NCBI GenBank assembly: GCA_043228905.1
Contig: JBHGNT010001422.1
Coordinates: 1-8,714 of the forward strand
Direction: 5' to 3'
From: Azolla caroliniana
Lineage: Eukaryota; Plantae; Polypodiophyta
Length of the DNA stretch: 8,714 nt
Positions within the stretch are counted from its first letter, which is position 1. Every line of letters begins with the position of its first letter. Below the pieces are notes generated by a model. That model was given only the letters and a program-made list of their open reading frames with translations. It was not told the origin of the DNA and did no database searches. Below, in pieces: positions 1-7,263 of the stretch. The position numbers and the translations under genes are program-made.

Positions 1-132
1 CCTCAACATGAAAGAGAGAGGAGACAGTGAAAAAGGGAGGCGGGAGTTTCTCTATACAAAAAACAGTGGCTTCTTTTTTCTGCTCGGCTTCTGTTGTTCT
101 TGAATCGAATACAGTTTCCCACGTTTATCTCC

Positions 133-609
133 ATGGAAGCTTCTCCTCCTTCTCCTGCACCTGACGAAGATCGTTGCATCCATGGCCATCGCTCGTCCCT
201 TCATCTCTCCACGAACTCTGGAAGATTCGTCTGCATCATGTGTTTCGTCAAACTTCTCTCTCACCCTTCCTCTTTCCTCACTCACAAGCTCTACGTTGTC
301 TCAGAACTCAGAGAATCTCTTCGAGATCCCGTTTTCTGCACAGATTTCCTCCATCGCCACCGACACTTCGTTGTTGCTCCGATATGTGAAGCTCTTCTTT
401 CTTTTTCTTCTTCTTCTTTTCAAGGGGGTAACAGTACTGCACCTTTAGCTGAGGTTCTTATGGAGCTTATCCTTGATCTATGTGGTATTAATCATGTCAT
501 ATCCATGCCGATTGATCCTCTTCCTCTTGTGGAAGATTTCGTCCATCACATTGTGCTGCATCTCAGTTCTTTTTCGGGATTATCATGCAGCGTAGGGCAA
601 AGCTACACG
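133..609 (+). CDS. PRD1: PRD1 exon 1 (MEASPPSPAPDEDRCIHGHRS...GQSYT)
   Basis: First in-frame ATG at 133 in ccATGG context (the ORF-track start at 94 is TTG). Donor ACG|GTTTGA at 609/610, phase 0. Confidence 0.88.
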
Positions 610-3600
610 GTTTGAAATAATCCCTCTCTCTCTCTCTCTCTTCCTCTGATCAGTTTAACCAGTTCACTATGTTTTCCACAATTTACAGACACATATCTAG
701 TAAATCTTATGAAATATCAAAACCAATTAAAATATTTGTATAACTTCCACAATTTACAGACACATATCTAGTAAATTTTATGAAATATCAAAACCAATTA
801 AATTTTTTGTATAACTATTTCATCATGTCCTCATGCCATTTATATCTAAATATACATATCTTTTGTGAAACTTTAAAGAAGGAAAACGATTTATATTTTT
901 GTTCACATGGTAGTATATGTACAGTGTGTGAAAATCGAACTAGGAAAACCTGTTGAAGTCTTCTTTCTGATTTTAGCTTTTCTTCATGCCGATTGTATAT
1001 GAATGCATAAATTTGTGAACTAGGAAAACTAGTTCAAGTCTTTAAAAAGATGTCTTCATTTCGTTTAAACTCAAGGATATATATATTTCGTTCTATTGAA
1101 CTAGTTTACGATCTTTTCTTGCCAATAAGAAAACCAATTAAAGTTTTGCTTAACTAGTCTAACAAGTCTTCATGCTATTTTCGTGTAAGTATAAATAGAA
1201 TTTCATAAATTTGTGAAGTAGCAAAACTAGGTGAAGTTTGCTAAAAAACTCCACCATGTAGTTTGTGAAGTAGGAAAACGTAGTTGAAGTTCTATTTAAC
1301 CAGTTTAAGATCTTTTCTTGCCAATAAGAAAACCAATTAAATTTTTGTTTAACCAGTCTAACAAGTCTTCATGCTATTTTCATGTAAGTATAAATAGAAT
1401 TTCATAAATTTGTGAAGTAGCAAAACCAGGTGCAGTTGTTTAAAAATCTTCACCATGTTTACATACCATTTACCTCTGAGTGTTGACAGCCTTTGTGATT
1501 GAGAGGAGTAACAAAACTAGCTAAATATAAGTTCAAGTACTAGCCCTTCAGATTTTGGGTATGATGGTTGTTCATTAAGACTTGGATAGCCAGATTATTT
1601 CGGGAAGAGAATTATATGATTAATTTGCAAGAACATTTGGATGTTTGGCATCAATCTAGTTCTCCATATTTTTTAAATTGTGTCCAACTCAACAATGGCA
1701 GCTGCATGTGTTGGGCCTTTTGCTGGATAATTATTGCAAAATAAACAATGTTCTTCCAGATGCTGTAAGAAACCACCGTGGACTTCTGCCAAACCTTGTA
1801 ACAGGCCTCAAGCTTCCAGGGTATCCAATGTGGCGTAATTAAATGCTATAATTCTGACTACTGAGTGCCTTCATATTCAGATTTTAGACATTTCTGGGGT
1901 TGTTTTTACAGCGATCAATTACGAGGAGAAATCTTGTTTCTTCTTTATAAGATATGCTACTTTGAAGATGGTATCATGGTGATCTTACCTTTCATTTCAG
2001 ATTTGATAGACTCTACTGTTATGGTCCTTACCAAATCAGAAAACAATGGACTACGAACAAATTGTATCGGTGTGCATACATTTGCATGTTAATCTCAGGA
2101 ATATTGACTATACAATATGCGTAAGAAAAGAGAATAATAAAGGATTTCTGTTAAAATTTGCTTTCCAGCATTGCTCACTACACTGGCTCAAAGATCAGTT
2201 ATAAACATAGGTTTCCAACAGTGCTCTCTTGACTCTGAAGCTTTTCCTTTACCTGAAAGTGATTTTCCAAGAAATTTCGGAGAGGCCATAAAGGGATCAC
2301 TGATTTCATCCGATTTTCAAGTTCAAGAGGCTGCTTTACAGTTGATATGCTATATGTGCCCGCCAGAACCAACAATTCATTGTCATCTTGAAGTCCTTAT
2401 TAATAATGGAATATTGGATTATGTTTATGAAGTTTTGAGAGTTTGCGGTGAGCTGAATCATGTCTCCTAACTATATTAGGATTCATGTGTTATTTCTTGA
2501 TTGTCATCCTTTCTTGTCATTATACTGTTATGATTCAAAACCAAGTTTGGTCTTTGTATTTCCAGAAAACATAGAAAATATTGTAATATGGTCTGCTCGT
2601 GTGCTGAGAATATTGTCAGCAGCGAGAGAAGCATTTGTGAAAAGGTTTGCAATTGGAATAGAAACTGTGAATCGGGTTCTGGATCTCTCTGTCCAAATGT
2701 CTCTATGTTCAGTGCAGCCTGACACTCTTCAGGTCATTGTGGTTGGGCTTACTGGTTGCCCAGGGTCAATTTCTTCTATGCAGACAGAACGCCTATTCCA
2801 GATATTAATCTCTCTACTTAAAAAGTATGCTGGTGATAGTTATGGCCTCCAACATGATGTGTTTAATTTGACATGCTCAGCCGTTGGAGCTCTTCTGAAG
2901 TTGCCATGCATCTTGGGGATTCAAAATATAAACCATTTCATAGAGACCACAGTGTCAAACACATTCCTTATTGTATCTGCAGCTGGTTCTTTGAGTTTGG
3001 AACAACAAAGTTTGAAGCATGCGATTATTCTATTAAGAGAATCATTCTCATTTAGTTTAAAGGGTCACAGCCTAGCTGATTCTTCTTTGCCAGGTGCGCT
3101 GTTTAAAATTTGTGAGATGAGTTTGCTTCCGATAACTTTAAAGTATATTCAGCTTTTGGAAGAGGAAGATACAGTTCTAGAAGCCATATCAACTTTCCAT
3201 CTTATGATAGAGACTCCAGACCTTCTTGGAGTTACTAGGCTTGCTGATAGTCTTGCAAGAGCTTCTTGGTTTAACCTATCATTTGAATTGATGGCTCGAT
3301 TTCCAACATTGAACATGAGATCTATTTCAATGAATCTCTTTGCCAGTATTATAAAGAGGTTGGATGGTGATGCTTTGGATAAAGATGTCAAAGCGCAGTT
3401 TTCCCAATTGCCCAGTGATCCTCAAGATTTACTTGTTTTATTGACACTGAAAAGTGATAACGATCCCCACCTTAAGCTCACTCAGATTGCCATAATATCT
3501 ATTCTTTACATCAATCAAATCTATGGTAAAAGGTGGGCCATGTTACTTGTAATAATTTTGAAGTGGTTTATGCTTGATTTTTGGAAGAATACGATATTGC

Positions 3601-5874
3601 TCATTCAAGGCACTTAAGGAAATGCCTATGTGATGATTACTATAAGATGGACTACTGGCCATACTAGATTATGATAGCAAGAAAATGGCTTCTGTGTCCT
3701 GCAGGTTTTCAGAAGAGGCTCAGATTTTAGCTTGTTTGGAGCATTATCTTCTTATAAACACTTCCACATTGCTCCATGATTCTCTATCTCCCTGTATCGT
3801 CAGACAATTGCTATCCGTTTATGTTCTCACACTAGATTCATGCAGCAGTCAATATAGTCTTGAAGCAGAAAATTCTCTTATAGAACTCATTCAACGATGT
3901 CAATCAGGGATTCTAACATCAAGAATACATCAGAATGTTTTTCAATGGATATTACAGAAAAAGAGTCTGGAGAAATATATGGTTGGTGGAATCTTGAATT
4001 GGTTCAAATCCTCTGTACGTGAGAACAATTGTGAGTGTTCCACAAATCATATTGAAAACGAAGTCAGTAGTGTGTATGGAGATCTATCCTTATTAGTAAT
4101 GTTATTGGAGGAAGATGATCTATGTGCACTCCTTTTCAACCGAGTGTTGGATGAAGTGCTTGCAAGCCAAGATGAAGGTGATATCAGGATAGTTGCTGAA
4201 TGTTATATAAGATTTGTGAAGGAATCTGCTTTGGCAGCAAATAAGCTCTGTTTAGGTGGGATTATATCAAACATACGGAACTGGTTGGCTATTTATTGCT
4301 CCAATCTACAAGAAGTTTTGATCTACTTAATTGAGCTTCTATACCAGCTCCTATGTGCAGTGAGTTGTGATGAGGCATTAGATGAAGAATGTTGGTATCT
4401 TCTCACCAATCAGGTTTTATTGTCATCATGAAGTATAGTTTTTTACACTGCTATTCAAACAATTTCTGACAATGTTGCAATTGCAGTTTGCATATGTTTT
4501 GGTTGAGAAACTAAATCACAACAATTCTGGTACTTCGCACTCGGAAGTAATAGTGCTTCTCAGCCTTTTGACTATGATATTGCACAAGTCTGTTGAGAAT
4601 GTTGGCTTTCTTTCACAAGCTACTGAGGCAATTTTATCCAATGAGCAACTACAGAATGCTGTGACCAGCCGTTTGGAAAAGGCTAAAGATGAAAGTTCCT
4701 TCATCTCCAAGTTGGAATTAGAAACTAGAGATGGTGGGATTTGGGGTTGCATGTTGACATTCCACCTTCTCTGTTTGAGATGGTGAGTATTAAACATTGG
4801 GGGTTCTACCAATTTTCATGTCCACAGATGAATGATTTAGAATTTCGGTCATCTTTGTGCATGCAGTGCAGTCATTATGCATACACCAAATTTAGAAGAA
4901 TGGAGTTCAACACAGAGGAGTTCAATGCTTCCCGGAAACTACAAGGATATTGAATATCTATGTCAATTACTTTACTTCGGTTCGCCTTTCTTGAAGGTCC
5001 TAGCATCAAGCTGTCTGGCAGAGGCATGTTATTGGCTTAGTAATATGCCCACAAATAATGAAAGCAAGGAAACTAATGCTGAACAAAGCACCTTAGAAAG
5101 TCTAAAGTCCATTATGATGGTACTTCAAGGGGCCATATTCGATACTTATACCACTGTGCAGAAAAATTGTTCTTTTTCTCTATATCTTTTGATAACAAAT
5201 ACAAATTCCAATCCTCAAGAGAAAGCAGAAATTCAAGGCAGCATGTGGCTTCGCTTCCTGATAGAAGAATTTGCAGCAGCATTGTCAACACCAGGTGAAT
5301 CGGTCCCATGTACAACTTATGTTGTCACAGGGCTGCTTAAAGCACATACCACATGGATTTTTTCAATTCTCAGTCCTACTTGTATTTCAGCCATCATCTC
5401 CTCCCTTACGCCCAGAAGAATAACCCCAGCAATAATGGCATTTCTGAAAGAGCTGCATAATAAGGGATGCATTGAAGAGAAACACATTGAAAAACTTCAT
5501 GTGCATTTGAAGGTACTAACATTTAATGAAGTTCGTGAATAGTTTGTTCTTGAAATCTGTACATTCATTTTGCTTGGGCATTTGATTGTCGTGCATGATT
5601 CGTGCATGATTAGGTAACACAGAAAATTGTTTATGAAGAGAACCACAGGCTTGAAGAACATGGTCTTCAGGTTGATCAACGACACCTCACATGTTCCTTG
5701 GGCTGCAGGCGAGGTTCTGACTCGGAGTGTTTACAGAGTTATAACCACATTCTCAACCTTAGTACTGGCTACTTACTGGATCCATTAACTGGTACAAGAC
5801 ATTCTCTAGCTGATGATCATAGTTCCACTCGACTGCTAATGCTCATCGATGAATTCCTCCAAGAAACACTCTGA
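133..5874 (+). CDS. PRD1: PRD1 (Putative Recombination initiation Defect 1; MEI1 homologue), meiotic DSB-formation protein; join(133..609,1702..1820,1912..2069,2169..2447,2566..3532,3705..4413,4487..4782,4867..5512,5614..5874), about 1303 aa
   Basis: Exons join in frame through canonical GT-AG introns of 1092, 91, 99, 118, 172, 73, 84 and 101 nt, giving 3912 nt with no internal stop. Motifs match recalled Arabidopsis PRD1: CIHGHRSSLHL..CIMCF (CANGHRSTISL..CLICF), HFVVAPI (HFLVSPL), GLKLPGDQLRGEILFLLYK (GLQLPSEEIRGEILFALYK), RTNCIALLTTLAQ (RLNCVALLTILAQ), FGEAIKGSLISSDFQVQ (FAEAIKGPLLSTDSEVQ), DYVYEVLR (DYIFEILR). Length is similar to AtPRD1 (about 1330 aa). Confidence 0.93.
624..641 (+). repeat. 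(CT)9 microsatellite at the start of PRD1 intron 1
   Basis: Read directly, 14 nt downstream of the start of the intron. Confidence 0.95.
674..816 (+). repeat. Two-copy 71-bp tandem duplication in PRD1 intron 1
   Basis: TTCCACAATTTACAGACACATATCTAGTAAAT... begins at 674 and 745, with about 3 mismatches. Confidence 0.93.
1090..1458 (+). repeat. Direct repeat of about 170 bp with 199-bp period (1090-1259 and 1289-1458) in PRD1 intron 1
   Basis: GATCTTTTCTTGCCAATAAGAAAACCAATTAAA occurs at 1110 and 1309, and CACCATGT ends at 1259 and 1458. Confidence 0.92.
1702..1820 (+). CDS. PRD1: PRD1 exon 2 (LHVLGLLLDNYCK...LVTGLKLP); absent from the ORF track
   Basis: Acceptor GGCAG|CTG at 1701/1702 and donor GG|GTATCC at 1820/1821 (phase 2). 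The translation matches AtPRD1 LHCFGVL...LVEGLQLP. Confidence 0.9.
1912..2069 (+). CDS. PRD1: PRD1 exon 3 (DQLRGEILFLLYK...RTNCI)
   Basis: Acceptor TTTTTACAG|C at 1911/1912 and donor ATCG|GTGTGC at 2069/2070 (phase 1). Lies within ORF 1865..2092. Confidence 0.9.
2169..2447 (+). CDS. PRD1: PRD1 exon 4 (ALLTTLAQ...YEVLRVC)
   Basis: Acceptor CTTTCCAG|CA at 2168/2169 and donor G|GTGAGC at 2447/2448 (phase 1). Confidence 0.9.
2566..3532 (+). CDS. PRD1: PRD1 exon 5 (ENIENIV...QIYGKR)
   Basis: Acceptor TTTCCAG|AA at 2565/2566 and donor AG|GTGGGC at 3532/3533 (phase 2). Lies within ORF 2460..3617 and contains LPSDPQDLLVLL. Confidence 0.9.
3705..4413 (+). CDS. PRD1: PRD1 exon 6 (FSEEAQILACLEHYLLIN...LLTNQ)
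   Basis: Acceptor CCTGCAG|G at 3704/3705 and donor CAG|GTTTTA at 4413/4414 (phase 0). Confidence 0.88.
4487..4782 (+). CDS. PRD1: PRD1 exon 7 (FAYVLVEK...FHLLCLR)
   Basis: Acceptor TTGCAG|TTT at 4486/4487 and donor TG|GTGAGT at 4782/4783 (phase 2). Confidence 0.88.
4867..5512 (+). CDS. PRD1: PRD1 exon 8 (AVIMHTP...LHVHLK)
   Basis: Acceptor ATGCAG|T at 4866/4867 restores the frame of ORF 4877..5542. Donor AAG|GTACTA at 5512/5513 (phase 0). Contains LCQLLYFGSPFLKVLASSCL. Confidence 0.86.
5614..5874 (+). CDS. PRD1: PRD1 terminal exon 9 (VTQKIVYEE...RLLMLIDEFLQETL*); absent from the ORF track
   Basis: 86 open codons follow TAG|GTA at 5613/5614 and end at TGA 5872-5874. The C-terminal amphipathic LLMLIDEF resembles the recalled AtPRD1 end (ILDEMEQF). 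The 5' boundary is uncertain because in-frame AG acceptors also end at 5622 and 5670. Confidence 0.72.
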   Translation, partial: VTQKIVYEENHRLEEHGLQVDQRHLTCSLGCRRGSDSECLQSYNHILNLSTGYLLDPLTGTRHSLADDHSSTRLLMLIDEFLQETL

Positions 5875-6528
5875 ATTGAATCATAGTTTGTTTATGATTC
5901 AAAAAAATTTCCTCTCATGAATGTAACACATGGAATGATGTAAAAAAATGTGCTCTATGCAATGCTCCCTAGCTAATGGTCATTGATGAATTCCTCCAAG
6001 AAACACTCTGAATTGAAACATAGTATGTTTATGATTCAAAAAAATTTCCTCTCATGAATGTAACACATGGAATGATGTAAAAAAATGTGCTCTATGCAAT
6101 GCTCCCTAGCTAATGGTCATTGATGAATTCCTCCAAGAAACACTCTGAATTGATTCCTTGTATGTTTATGATTCAAAAAATTTTCCTCTCATGAATGTAA
6201 CACATGGAATGATGTAAAAAAATGTGCTCTATGCAATGCTCCCTAGCTAATGGTCATTGATGAATTCCTCCAAGAAACACTCTGAATTGATTCCTTGTAT
6301 GTTTATGATTCAAAAAATTTTCCTCTCATGAATGTAACACATGGAATGATGTAAAAAAATGCGCTCTATGCAATGCTCCCTAGCTAATGGTCATTGATGA
6401 ATTCCTCCAAGAAACACTATGAATTGATTCATTGTATGTTTATGATTCAAAATTTTTTCCTCTCATGAATGTAACACATGGAATGATGTAAAAAAATGTG
6501 CTCTATGCAATGCTCCCTAGCTAATGGT
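5835..6528 (+). repeat. Tandem array of five 137-bp units plus a 9-bp partial unit, overlapping the PRD1 stop codon and 3' UTR
   Basis: GCTAATG recurs at 5835, 5972, 6109, 6246, 6383 and 6520. GATGAATTCCTCCAAG recurs at 5848, 5985, 6122, 6259 and 6396. The period is exactly 137 with only a few substitutions between units. Confidence 0.97.
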
Positions 6529-7263
6529 AGTAGCCTGTAGGTATCATAACACATGCGTTAATGGCAAGTAGAGATTTGTTGTTTGATGCAAATCGTTGAA
6601 AGTAGAGATTGTGTTTTGTCCAATGCCAAGTATGCGTGCATCAAGGGTGAATGATTATACAAATTCATTCATTGAGAACAGGTGGGCTCTAGTCCAATGT
6701 AAATAATCATGTAATTTTTTTCCATTGTCTTTACTTACTCAAAATTCGCAAATTCACAAAAGAAGATTTAAAAGGCTCAATCCAAGAAACTTTTCCTCAT
6801 ACATATTACTATGCCTAATTTATATTTTTCAATTTCTAACGAAAAGCCTTTAATGTATATCCACGCAAGAATTCTACTAACATTACAGTCTAACGTTCTA
6901 CACCCTCAGCAGCACCACAGAAGAAAACAGAACTGCTATTCTAATGCAACTACAAAAACTTAATACCTACATGTAAAGGTTTTCGAAACTACGAGTAATA
7001 CTTCTTTGGCTATGAATGAACTGATGGATGATACTTCTGTGGCTAGGATACCAATAATAGAAAGACATTATTTCGCTAGCTATTTAAGTAAGCTCTGGAC
7101 AATACATCATTAGATATGGACAACGCTTAGAGAGATGCTTCATTTACTACGAATAATGGATGCTGAGTTAGGTGGGCCAGGTATTGGCTTTGATAGCAAA
7201 AATGAATTCGATAATCCCTCTTTAACAATGCAAAGTATTTTATCAGCTGTATTCGATGCTTTT

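Noticed and set aside
38-122. E2F-like sites (GGCGGGAG near 39; TTTCCCAC near 115) upstream of PRD1
   Set aside because: Both mismatch the TTTCCCGC consensus and are too short to support a call.
94-132. N-terminal extension from the TTG at 94
   Set aside because: It is a non-ATG start in a eukaryote, and the ATG at 133 has a good context and precedes the first conserved motif.
52-448. ORFs 52..285(-), 174..389(+) and 182..448(+)
   Set aside because: They are alternative-frame or antisense shadows of PRD1 exon 1 with no recognisable motifs.
94-5542. Series of separate + strand ORFs read as an operon or a frameshifted pseudogene
   Set aside because: Every break is explained by a GT-AG intron with matching phase, giving one continuous protein.
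2528-5685. Short ORFs 2528..2725, 2873..3055, 3149..3391, 4516..4812, 4741..4953, 5112..5315 and 5497..5685
   Set aside because: They overlap PRD1 exons in other frames or on the other strand, are short, and show no family signature.
5835-6528. CRISPR-like array
   Set aside because: Units are contiguous, near-identical 137-mers with no unique spacers. The context is eukaryotic and there are no cas genes.
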